Source: Styela clava
Lineage: Eukaryota
Length of the DNA: 64,000 nucleotides
Direction of reading: 5' to 3'
NCBI RefSeq assembly: GCF_964204865.1
Contig: NC_135260.1
Coordinates: 14,260,001 to 14,324,000 of the forward strand
Part shown: one piece after another, positions 40,001 through 53,300 of the stretch
Numbering within the stretch: position 1 is the stretch's first letter
Layout: every line of letters begins with the position of its first letter
Notes under the pieces: generated by a model
What the model was told of the DNA's origin: nothing
What the model saw: the letters and a program-made list of their open reading frames with translations, nothing else
Databases searched by the model: none
Translations under genes and position numbers: made by a program

Positions 40001-41951
40001 TGGCAATGAGCGAACTCTGATCAGAAAATGGTCCCAAATTAAGTGATGAGAGAAAAGTCGGAAATGTAAGATTAACTAACAAAAATATCTCATCGTTGTT
40101 TGTGATGAATAACTTTGATTGAGACAGATGGACGACGTAAACCCTGAGTATAGCCCATGGTCACTAACCATTGTCCATTAAGGATGCCAGATATTTGCAA
40201 CGTTAGTTATTTAACATATTTGAGTTTAACGTGAACAATGGTTTTTTGTATACTGTTATTCGAATCTACAAAAACCTTCTCGTTTAATTGCATGAGAGCC
40301 ATTTTGGAGTGTTTCCGTTGAACAGTTGATGATTCCACCTTCCCCCAGGAATTTGAGGCTCGCGACAACCCAAAGTGATCAGATGTTTGCAGATTAAGAT
40401 TTAAATGAAACATTATCGGGTAATTAGGTTTTCGTCAAAATACAACGTTACTAGAAAGTAGAAACATTTAAAAATTAGCTGACTTAAATCCGGTTACATT
40501 TATATAACTGATTTTTGGTATAGTATTTCTAAACGCTTGGCACAAAAATTGTAACGGAAATTCCAACTGGCAGTTAGTCCTATATATGTGCTAGAAAAGG
40601 AACAGGAGCAACAGTGAATATTATTTCCCCGATAAGAAAATGTTTATATAAATCTCGAAAGTGATTGGATCGCAGATAACAACCCGTTATTAGTAGGAAT
40701 TTCAATATTCACTCAAGCTCGGCAAAAGAAAATTTCTTGGAACTATTCCATACAAACATCGAGCCAAAACTGCAAATGGGCTGTGACCTAATCCCCAGGT
40801 GGCCGTTGCGGAAGGATATAGACTTGGCTGTGTGTTATATTTGAGCAGGGATAACCATGAGTACCTATGCTAAGTGTTCTACTGCCCGTGATAAATTCAT
40901 CCATAATTGTTGTTTATGTTTAAATGTTTTAAATAAACCTAAGACATTCAATGCCCACATCCGTTAACTTGGCCAAGGGGTCACGTCACGGCGGATGACA
41001 TTTTAATTAACTTTCGATTGTCAATTTGGCCTTGTTCCACGTCGGTCAGTTAGTCACGGGACAGGTTGAGGATGCCATGCATTCCATAGCTAATGGCAAT
41101 CAGAATTGCGCATTTTAGCTACAAAACGTCAAAATTAACGACTAAATTAAATAAAACGGTATCAATAAAACTTTTAGGTTGGAGGATATTATTCTATTCT
41201 TAACTAATTTGAACAATAACGTTCCGATGAAAATACAGTACATAATGAATGGTTAACGGCACACAAAGAGAAAACCAAAAAAGTAGTCAATTGCATTTTA
41301 TAGAAATGTGATGTAGCTCGATATGATGTTAAACGCTGGTCGCATCTTCACGGTTATATATCACCCCTAGTGGTGAGTCGAAAAGTGGGATACCGAGTCG
41401 TTGTCTCCGAAAGTGACAGCTCGTAATTCTTGTGAATGACCGCAGTTAAAAATTCAAAATAGGGGAACGTAAAAATGCCACAGATATCGTCGACTTACAA
41501 TATAAAGTATGAGTGGTAAATATATGAATGATATCATACAGCCTATATATGTGTCAGTGACTGAAATAGTACCGCTAAGCATGTGGATACCGTTTATAAC
41601 AACGATTGCCCATGGCTTTCTATACAAAAACACAGCTGTGAACGTTTCAAATTTATAGAAGCTGTAGAATAAGATAATTTGAACAATTCATAAAAATGCC
41701 AATTAAAAAAAGCCTCGATATGATGAGAAAATATTGAAGACAGACTATCGGATTCTAGCTTATATCAGTAATCTCAAAAGGCCACATTTTTGTCTTTATA
41801 TCAATAACAATAAAATCTGCGCCACCATTGAAAGACAAATGAAGTAGTTAAAACAAGCCAAACTATTTTGTAGCATGTGCTCGAATCGTTTTTTTCTCAT
41901 CAGGCCTCGTGCTCCCCACGAATTTCAGACTTGAAATAATTGTTGGTAGTA

Positions 41952-44900
41952 AGCTCATAATAACCAAACGTCGAGGAATGTACTTAATTGTACATATGAT
42001 TTCACACCTATCCCAAACAACTCCAAAAGATTGCTTAGTTCACACATAAAAGCAAACTTCAAAATTTATGTAAATTTTTATTTTCAATACATAAAATACA
42101 AAAAAAAATTTAGTCTGTGTTCACGTCTGTCGAAAAGTTCCATGGTGGTTTATATTTGTATCCGCCTGCATGAAAATATTAACACTTGTTTCAACAAAAT
42201 ATTTTTTTTTTAAAATAGTAATAGAATGGTTTTTGAGTTCATCTTATTTCATCGTATATTTGTTTTTACTGCCAAGCCATCTCCACTATATTTAACACAA
42301 AATCCAATATCTGCATCCAACAAAACTGTAGTACTAAACGAAATTCAATACTTATCCAGAAATATAACCATACATAGTGGAAGATATATATTTGAAATAT
42401 AATATATATGATATAGAATACATAAGAATAAAGTTATCTTTTTAATCGAATGTGCATTAGGCTAATAATTGTATTCAAATTAATTTGAATAGTAATTACC
42501 ATCTTCACTTTGTTCCTTTAACTTATCCGCCTTACGTTTGTTGCCAAAGTATGGGACTTGTCTTGGTAGAAATTCCATGCGATTGACGAATGGTTTTCCT
42601 AATAAAATATTTGTAGTTGATCAGTTTTCATAAACAACGTCAAAAAATAATAAATTATCATTGAAAGAAACATTGAAATAATTTTTGGCGAACAAAATCC
42701 GTATCTGAGTTTTAAACAGGCGAGCATCTACTTAAAATAACTAAACGGGATCAACTTCATTCATTGAGCGAATCATTAATAAGTACATTATTAATTGATA
42801 TATGGGATTGAATAACATGTGCCTCATCATACCTTTCTGTCTTTTGACAGGCATGCCAAGTCTCGTCTCCAAGTTGGAACTTATTCCATAATGACCTGAA
42901 TAATATTATCTTAAATATTTATTTGAGTTTAACTATCCATTACGAAAAAATTAATATTCTAAACCAAATCTGGGTAACAATTAACAAGAAGTGTTTTATA
43001 TACTTGGTCGTCCACACCAAATAACTACTGATATACATAAAAATAGCTCTCCATGCAGCATACGAATTAATCGTATCACTGAAAGTTATACAATTAACAA
43101 GTTGGTCTGTGGACATTTTATCGTATGTATTACTTTTTAATGTAACCGATTAAAACCTTTCCGTCTAACATCCAATTGTAAGAAAATATGTATAACAATT
43201 GGCATGTTTGCAAGAGGACATAAACAAAATCAAACCGTTTGTCCAATTTCTTTTGTAGAAATCCAATTTTCTGTTTAATCTTGGTAGTTTTGTCACGTAT
43301 GGCTAAAAATGAAACCAAAATTAGAAAAGAACTATTTACAAAAGCCCACATTATTTTAAATGACATATATTCGTTCACTAAATCGCAACAAGTAAGTAAT
43401 CGCAATAAAACATTTAAATATTTTTATGTTCATAACAGTGACTTTGAAACTAAAACTTAATCTTGTATGTATAGTATAAAAAAATAAAACCAGTAGCCAA
43501 CTTCTAACCAAATAAACTTTTTATAGTTTCAATGATCTTCTGGTGTACCGGCTCAAATAAGTAAAAATAAAAATATCCAAAAAATTATTTACCTCGAACG
43601 TAGCTTTTTGCCTTTTTGGTTTTGTTTTTTCTAATGCAGTAAGAGAAAAATCCCAAAGTGGAGGGCTTTCCTCGTTCGCGGAACAGTCTAAAATTAAAAT
43701 GAGCTTTTTTAGCTTTTTTTGTTTAAAATTAATTTATCATGTGTTTTTCTGAATGTAATTTTAAGTACAGTATTTAAATTTGAAAAGCTAACGCACAAGG
43801 AAAAGTTCTTAAATTGTTTCATAAAAGCATCATAAATTACCAATTTCTATTTCCTCCATTATTTCTTCATCTTCCTCATTTTCCTCGTCCTCTTTTGGCA
43901 TCATGGCTTCATCCCGACTGCCGTAGTCCTGTTCTGTTACTTGCATGCGATTGTTGAATTTGTCTGAATACAATAAATAAAATGAGAGTTCTAATTTATG
44001 CTACAGTCACGCAACTATACTTATTACGCTACTATATTAATAAGAATAAATGTGTATGGTTAATTAAAATATACTTGTTATACAGGAAACATTACGTATA
44101 TACCTTTATATCGCTTAATAACTGGCATTCCAGGACTTGGTTTTTGTTTCTCAGGCTCGTGGTGCGCTGAAATTATAACAAAGTATAAGCTTCTATTGCT
44201 TCTATGTTATATTATTCTTAGTGTTGTAGTAATATTTTTGCATCAGATGTAAGTGCAATCATTTCATATCATGAGGTAGGTCCCTGAAGTCTTCAAACTT
44301 CCTCATTATTAAGAAAACGAAATGAATATTTAAACCAACCCCATTTATTTTTTCCTCTTCGAAAATACCATTCCTCATTTGAGTGCATTCCTTCTTTCTG
44401 AAAAATAATATGGGATTTTGGAAACTATCTCAAAAAATGGAAATAAGAAACATCCCAATCATTTCTATACCTCGGCCATAGCTCCTTGTTTGTTTTTCAT
44501 TGAATTTCTTCTAATCGGAGCAAAAGGAAAATTCCGAAGTCGAAGAATTACATCGTTTGTAGAACAGTCTGAAAATAAAATTAATATCTAGTTTTCATCC
44601 ATTTTAATCAACTTATCAAGCGATTCAGATTGTCTAATTCTAAAGTGCTTGGATTTTTCAAGCAGACCTACGGTATGAAAAGTTCAAAAGTTTTCATGAA
44701 ATTACCAAGATAATTTCTTAAGTTACCAATTTCAATTTCCTCCCTTATTTCTTTTTCATCTTCATCCTCATGTTTTGTTGAAGTTTTGACTTCTTTTCGC
44801 CGATTGCCGTAATTCGGTCTCGGCATTTGATGGCGATTGTTGATTTTTTCTGGAAGACAATAAGAGCAATAATATTTCGATCTTTTACAGCTGATAGGTG

Positions 44901-47346
44901 ACTGAAAATAGCGATGATAGTGATATTGAATAATTCAGTTAAAGCCCTGAACAATCAAACAATTTCATTGGCCTTTTTTTGGACAACTCACTGTTTTTCC
45001 ATAAATATTGCTTGAGCGAAATAATAAATATATCAAATTTGAGGTATGCTTGTAATTATAATTATATCCTATGTTATACCTTTATATCGCCCAACTGGTA
45101 TTCCAGAATTTGATTTTCCTTTGTCTGGTTTATGGTATACTAAAAATAATGGACAATTGTAATGTTATATTGTTACTATATAGAAAGAATTCTGGGGGCA
45201 TATTGGTAAATAGACGACTAACGAAAAATAATAATTAACGAGTGTTTCATTCATTTATTATTTTTTATTTTATTCGAGATTTTCTCGGTTTGTAAAATTT
45301 CTAATGACTGAATGAACCAACCCAATTTCTTTTCTTCTTTGCGGGAATCCATTTTTTCCTTTGACTTCTGTGATTTTGTGAGTTCGGTTCGATTTTTCAC
45401 CTAGAATTGTATTTTATTTAAAATATTCATGTTAATGAATGTTAATGCGATATAGTGAAAATATCTTGAAAAATTGTTATTGTTTTTACCTTTTTTGTGG
45501 ACTTCACTGTCTTCAAACCGTCCATCTGCGATTCCTTCTTAGTCGAAGTTGAAAGTCGTGAATCATGTGCTTTGGTTGAGATTTTATCCATCGAACGAGA
45601 CTTTTGTTTAACTGTCTGAACTTCTCGAACCTATAGCAGGAAAACATAATATATTACATGGATTCAGTTTACTGATAGAATTGTACTAGCCACTATGCTG
45701 TTTTGGATATTTTAATTTTTTAATACATGGTTTATTTTCTTGTTCATGTCAATGAAAGCTATGCTCTTTCGCAATTTGCTATGCATAGACAGTCAGTATA
45801 TTTTAATAATCTTATGAGAGTCATATTCACAAATTTCTCATATTTAGGTACTAGAGCTAGCACAGGGATAATTGAAACAAACCCAATACAGAACGGGCGA
45901 CCCCTCTTCATTACCATGAGATTATTGGAACGAAGCACTACTCTTTAAGATTAAGTGTTCAATATCTGGACTCGTCTTTTTATACTACCTTGATGATTTT
46001 CGTGCAACTCGAAGATTTTTCTACATCGCCCATGTGTGAACCGATCTCATCTTCATTGGTATTAGAAGTTGCAAGATTAGGTTCGCTGGGAACTGGGACT
46101 GGTTTCGAGTTCATTAAACCGTCTTTGCCTTTTCCTTTTTTATTCTTGGACTGTGGTTAATATATGCAAACAATAAAGCTAAAGCTGTGTCTATGTAAAT
46201 CACAAAATTAATTCAGATTTAAATTTTTTTGAATATTGCAATACAGCAAAGCACATATAAATAATTTAAAATATATGAAATGAATTTGCTTTATATTTTT
46301 TCCTTGGTTATAAATTATCGTATTATTATGATAATATTCAACATACATTTGTTATAATCTCTTTGGGTGCTTCACCTTTCCTCTTCTTGAGAAAGTTTTT
46401 TAACACCTTTATAAAATTAAATAATACGATAAATATGAAAAATATCTTAAGTCTGGAATGATTTCTTTATTGTACCTTTTTTGTGGTCTTCGCTGTTTTC
46501 CCATCGTTCATTTGTGTTTTCATTTTAGTTGTTTTCTTGGTTGAATTTGGAAGAAGGGAAACGCGTTGTCGGAGTGGAAATTTTTGGACCATGAAACCAA
46601 ACTTGCGTTCAAATTTCGGTATTTTTTGACCCTATAGCAGGAAAATCATATCCTAATATTCAATGTACTGACAGAATTGTATAAGACAGTATTTTGGGTA
46701 TTCAAGTAGCTATGTTGTTGTGTGTTTTGCTAAGCATTGTAAGTCGGTATATTTACTTACTTATTCATATTATTGCAGTACAACCTGGCTTCCATTTTTG
46801 CCGTTTGTGTTTACTGTACCTATTTTACCTATGTGATGGGTTCCAGTATTGTATAGTAAAATACTATTATAATAATAATATATATCATACTGATTTTATA
46901 TTTCCTTTCGGTACTTTATCTTTCTTCCCCTTCACTTGCTTCTAAAAACAATATGATTTACTTAAAAGCATTAAATAATAAATACGGAAAACTTCTAGTA
47001 TGTGGAATCATCATTTTGTATTACTTTTGACTTCGCTGCCCCCATATCGTTCATTTGCGATTCCTTGTTAGTTAAACTTTTGTGCGATGCTGGAAGATTT
47101 GTTTTGAGTGTTTTGCGCGGAATAGAATGTATTGCACGCATCTTGTCATCACTTTTCTTCCGAGGTCCTTGATCCTATGATATGAAATCCACATCCTAAT
47201 ACTTGTACTGTGGGTAATAAATTCAATCATTACTGCGTACATCTATGAAATATGATCTGTCGATCAAATGAAAAACCTCATTTAAAACTTGGTTTTGGAA
47301 TAGTAGTAAAGGCCACTTTTCAATATTTGTGTTGCTGTCATATTTG
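41952..47346. repeat. Segmental/tandem duplication, copy A of the part visible twice
   Basis: Collinear, roughly mid-90s % identity by eye with 58594-64000 (offset ~16.6 kb), across exons and introns; similarity starts at AGCTCATAAT. Confidence 0.97.
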
Positions 47347-50300
47347 TTTTAATATAGTTATACAGGACACTCTGAAAAATTATCATTTCTCTCCGATCAT
47401 TATGCTTCAGAAAAACAGTTTACAATTTTGTTACATCACTATCTGTTGTCATCCATTCATGCTAATAAAATCAATATTATTTCATTTTTTCTCGGAGGTG
47501 AAATCTAGACTCATCTTTTTTAATTGCCATAATAATTGTTTTGAAATTCACATTATCCCACCATAATATGGAGTATAATATTATTACATTCAATTTAATT
47601 ATAATAATTTTCAACATACAGTTTTTATATTTTCTTTGGATGCTTTATTTTTAAATTTTCTTCTGAAAAATAATATGATCTACTTGTGAAATATAATATT
47701 AAATACAATAAATATCGTAATTTCAAAAGTATCATTTTTATGTTACCTTTTTTGTGGACTCCGTTGTTTTTACATTGTCCTTCTTCGATTCAAACTTTGT
47801 CGAACTTTTGCTCGATGTCGTAAGAAGTGCAGCGCGTACTTTTTTCTGAACTTTTTGATCCTATAGTAAGGAAATGATGTTGTAATACTTGTACTAATGT
47901 GACTGCACATATCGATAGCACTATCATTGATCAGCTTTTTGCTTTGTATTTATGGGCAGTATATATTACCTATTTTATTATAGATATGTTTACCTCGACT
48001 CTACATTATACGTCGGTACGAAGTTTAAATTTACAGTATTATGGAATAGAATGATATTGGGAAAAATTCAACATACTGATTCTGTATTTCCTTTCGACAC
48101 TTCAACCTTCTTTTTTTGCCTCTGAAAACGATATAATTTACTTAAAAATATTGAATAAAAATAGTAAAATAACTGGCATCTGGAATCAAAATGTGTAATA
48201 CCTTTGTGAATTTCGAAGAAAACTTCTCTGCCTCTAGATCGCTCGTCTGAGTTGCCTTCTCAATGAAACTTTTGTTTGATTGTGGTAGATGAGAATCGAG
48301 TTCTTGTAACGGAATAGGATCGATTACACTCATCTCGTCCTCATTTTTCTCCTGAATATGTCGTTCCTTTTTCGTAAAATCAATGTTATATTACTTGTTT
48401 AGTAAACCCTATTGCTCATCAACTGAGTAAGTAGATAAAACTTTCAAATAATAGGTAATTAAGGCTACACTTTCTATTTGTGCTAGGTACGTAAATAAAA
48501 CAAGAGATCATCTCCTTTTTAGGTGAAGTAAATTAGTCATGAAACGTCTTCTGTTGTAGTTGCTAATTAAACTAGATAGATAGATATTAATCTGACTCCA
48601 AACAGAATATATAATAGGTTCCTTATTCAAGTCGAGATGTCTGTTAATTTGATATAACAGCAAGGATCTAGACAATTGCCTGTATAGATTTTATTTCCTT
48701 CGATAAATATATTACAATAAATTAAATCAAATAAACCAACTTACAAATTTAAGTTATTATTCTCAACAGTAGAGATCATCAGATTATTAATATTTGACGA
48801 TAATGATGACGATCTCTTCTATGTTCGAGATCGCATTTAAAGGGGTACAACAATTTTCTCGATTATTCGAGACCGTTCTTACACAGATTGTTCATGTAAA
48901 ACAAGGTCATTCGACATATCACACAGGAAATTATTCGCTATTTCGCATGTTATGTTGAAATATCATATTGGAATGTTCTTGAATATTCTCCAATATTTAT
49001 GACTTTGGAATTATTTTTAGCCTTGATGTCATTATTTCCAAAATTATTGGTTAATTTGTTACAGTCAAAATAATTTACTTCTATTACTTACCAGGATTTT
49101 TCCTGCCCGATCGAAGTCTCCGTTTCCGTCCCCTTTTTCGGCGGACTTCTTTTTTTTGTCATCTACTACTGCCATTTGATTTGGAAATGTAGAGTTTTCC
49201 TCCATGGTGCCGTCAATAGTAATAGATGCAGTCTATAAAAATATATCAGATATGTTTTGTCCTATGTTTGCGATACAAGTAGCGTGATAATAATCTTTGC
49301 AGTCCGTATCGCAGTTCTGCAAATCTTTCTTTCGTATGCGGCGGAAATTTAATGGCAAAAAAATGGTATCACGTACAAAAAAATTGAAACTTAAAACAAA
49401 GCTACGAATCTTTTCATTCGAATGAAAAAAATGGAAAAATTCGCGACTCTTGAAATGAAATTAAATAGAAAATTGAAACTCATCTTTTTATAATACCTTG
49501 ATGATATTCGTGGAATTCGGTGATGGCTCCACATCGCCCACATGTGAACCCATCTCAACTGCTTTCGTAATTTTAATTACGTGATCTGGTTCGCATGCTA
49601 TGATTGGCTTCAAATTCATCGATTGGTCTTTGTCATTTGTGTGTTTTTTTTGATCCTATGTTATGAGAATAATGATATATAATTGAACTGTAATTAATAT
49701 ACTCGAATAATAAATACTGCGTGTATCACTAATTTTAATAAGGCCAACTTTAACGGGTTATAAAAATCATTGGCCACGAAAATGTTATTTTATAAAGCTT
49801 AGGTCAAGTAAGTTTAGGCAAAAAATTCACCCCAAACGAGAGATCGGTGTTTTTAGATTGAACTTCGTCTTCCCGACCAAGTTTTTCATTTTTTGTCAAT
49901 TCATTAGTTATTGCAACGTTTTCCGGTGAATGGATTGAAGATGTCAACTTTTTTTCGGTAACATCTTTGATCGAAGTGGCTGCCGCCTATAAAGATGTAA
50001 TGGGTGAAATGATGTAAGATGCTGTGAATAAGTTCACGATAATGGCAGCGCGAGTAGGAGTTCCACATGTATCCAATACTGTATTTTTGCTATCTTGTTC
50101 ATTACCATATATTTTGGGAACTCGACATTACAAAGTTCCTTACTTCAGTGGGATTTCACATTATTTAAAAGCGATACTTTCACGTAGAATGAGATTCTCT
50201 ACCTATGTGTGGAAACACTTCAAATATTTGAGACTGTGTCATGTAATCTAATATTTCATACAACACTTCGCTAACCATACTACTCCACAATTCCATTGCA

Positions 50301-53300
50301 TCAAGATTCCGAGGCCATGATAAATGGACTCATAATCATGAATGTTCAAATCTTTTCACAAGGCCAAATTAAGCAAAGGATTTTTTGCATATTAAAGAAA
50401 GTAACCTTTGTTTGCACATCTCCTACATCAAGATGTTGTTCATCTGACAAAGTCGTCCTGTCCACTACTGGTGTATGGCTCGGAGACGTTGAAATATCTT
50501 CAGCAGCACTTTCGACAGAAGTGCCAGATATAGTCTGAAGTAAATGTCATATGTTTAATTTTCGTGATGATAACGAAAGCAACAATATTTGATGTTGTGT
50601 ATTTTGCCTCCTTTTTACATATATGGTGTGAACAATGGAACAAGTTGGTAAGGATTCACGTTTATTTTCGCGCGGGAGCAATTATCAATATCACAATCAG
50701 TATTATCAGTAACTTACGCTTAAATCGAGATGAGAATATTTGCACTATTATTTGGTCTCGTTGATAATACGTAGCAATAATAATACCTTATTGATTTTTG
50801 TTGACTCCGGCATTCTTTCCACCTCGTCCATGCAAGATCCCACCGAATTTGCTTCGTAACAGATTGAAGTTACTGTGTGAGCAATGATTGCAGAAATTTT
50901 AGTAGCTAAATCTGATGCAACTATTTCATTTACACTCTTTACTTGAATTGGAAAGAAACCGGGTGTTGGTGTAGGTGGTATGTTTTGCATATCTTCTTCC
51001 GACTCCTCCAGGATGGGTGAAAGTGTTTGACGGTATGGATAATATTCCGGTTCCGTATTAAACTCAGAAGACTCGTCTTCCAATGAGTTCACTTGCTCTT
51101 TATCGTTGATACCAAGATTAGAAAAAAATGCTAATTCCGGTTTAAATTCACGTGGATATTTGCCGTACGCCCATGAGGGCCTACATTGGAAGTTTTCATT
51201 TTCATTTCGTGGTTTTGTCATTTGGTAATCGCCAATCGAAACGGGAAAATGTATTGTTTTTGAGTGCGTTTTAGATGGCTCATGTATATAACCAGGTACA
51301 GATGAAGAACCTGCGCTCTTAGGTCTTTGTTGGAAGGAATGAGGTACATGCACGTCAAAAGGTTTTGATGGTCCAGTAAATCTTTGAGGTACTAATGCCT
51401 TTAAATTTGGCGAAGAAGGGTATTTTTTGAGCTGTGATTTTTTTAATATTCTCACTTCAGCTGCACCACGAGGAATGTCGGGGAGAGAATTAGCTGAACG
51501 TAGAATTTGAATATATTTATTTGCAGGTTTCCTGGTAAATGTCATTGCCATTCTTGATCTGATGGGAGGTTCTTCTTCTGAGTCTAGCTGACTCAGGTCG
51601 AGTTTCGGAACACAAAGGTTTCTAACTGATTTGACCGGATGTAGCTGTGGCCATGACGACGAACTACGTATCCCTGCCATTGTCATCCTTCCTCTGATGA
51701 CAGGTTCTTCTTCCGAGTCTAGCAGACTCAGATCAAGTTTTGGAACACAGAGATTTCTAAGTGATTTGACCGGATCTAGCTGTGGCCATGACGCACTACG
51801 TTTACATGTCGATTGTTGTTTGCTAATTTCTTCAGCATGGGGCAAGTAGAGAAAAGAAGATTTTATTTGTAATTCCTCGTTCTTTGCTATCTCAGGAATC
51901 TGAGATAAATTTGGAAGAGATGATGGTATGTTCACAGATTTTGTATTCCGAAAATGGGTAACGACTGTACATGGCCCAGTAACTGGATCGTGAGAAGAAG
52001 ATGTTTTATCTCCTTCTCCTTCATATACTTTGCTCAAGTCTAGTTTCGGAATAGCAATAATCGGATCTTCTATTTTTTCCCTCGATTCGGCGTGTATTAA
52101 ATCAAGATTTTGGGTTTGTTCGCCTGAATCGGATAAAACCGAACTTGTAGCGGATGGCTGGTTCAAATGTTGTGGCAATTTCAATCGCCTGATCAAATCT
52201 AACAAACAAGCAGAAATATGCAATTGTGAGAATTCCCTATCAATTGTACTCGGACTCAGGTAAAATAGATCAGGGCTGGAGGATGTAGATATCGGATTTA
52301 ATAATTTCCCACTATTTATTTGCACTCCTGCTTGAAGTAAATTTGTATACGACACACTAGTACGAAATGCGAATTCGCGGACTTGTAATTCTTTTTTCTC
52401 AATTACCAGACTTGATTCAGACAAAATGGATGCTTGATCAACGAGAAAATTTGTGTCTTCCTTTCTGGGGACAAGTTGATTTCCATCAATTTTTTCAACA
52501 AGAGCATGCGATAATGGCGACTTTGATTCGCGCGGTTGTCCACCTGTTACATCAAGATCCGGTGCTGTAAGGCAATGTTCCATGTTCTGGGATTCTCCCT
52601 CTTTGAAATCGATCATTCGTGGAGATGAATGTCTTGCTGGCATTGACATTTCAAAGTCTAAATGATCTGATTGTTTGGAGGAGGCAGAAATGGGAGAAGC
52701 AGATAATTTTGTAATTGCAATTTCATTAGATTGCTTTCTCAAGTCTGGACAGGATACAGAAATGTACAAACTCGATTCCATTTTCACCAGTACTTCACTT
52801 TGGTGAAATAAATTAGGTAATGAAACAGACATCTTCAAACAAGATTTTGCGGCGATCATTACAGATGAACTCGATCTAAGTACGGAGACGTACTTCGATG
52901 TTGTTTTCCCAAATTCTCCATCAAGAACTAACTGGTTCGTTACAATTCTTGTGGCGGACTGGAAAGCAGGTGTATTCGCGTCGATATTATTAAGCGCGAG
53001 CATTGGGGTATCAACATTGTCCTTTTGACTGCTGAAACCGCATAAATCAGGCAAAGATGGCAGCTGTGATGGTATTTTCCTTTCCGTCTCTAGGCGAATC
53101 AAACTCGGGCATGAAGCAGAAAGTGATCGTCTAGCCAACTGCAAAATTCCCGATTCCACCTTTTGATTCAACAAATCTGAGCACGACGCAGAAACATGCA
53201 AACGCGATTTCATTATGCCATCCAATGTACCGAATACATATTTCAGATTCGGACAAGAGACGGTTGCTTTGAAATATGATGATTTTGCGATGTGCAGTTC

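Noticed and set aside
42249-42310. Alternative terminal exon DIGFCVKYSGDGLAVKTNIR*
   Set aside because: Plausible acceptor, but 42110-42165 matches the cassette homology (PPWNFS), is followed by AATAAA and keeps its frame in both copies; cannot be fully excluded.
43239-43460. Plus-strand ORFs repeated in both copies (43239/59854, 46694/63346)
   Set aside because: Conserved only because the DNA duplication is recent; they start at non-ATG codons and lie antisense to real exons and introns.
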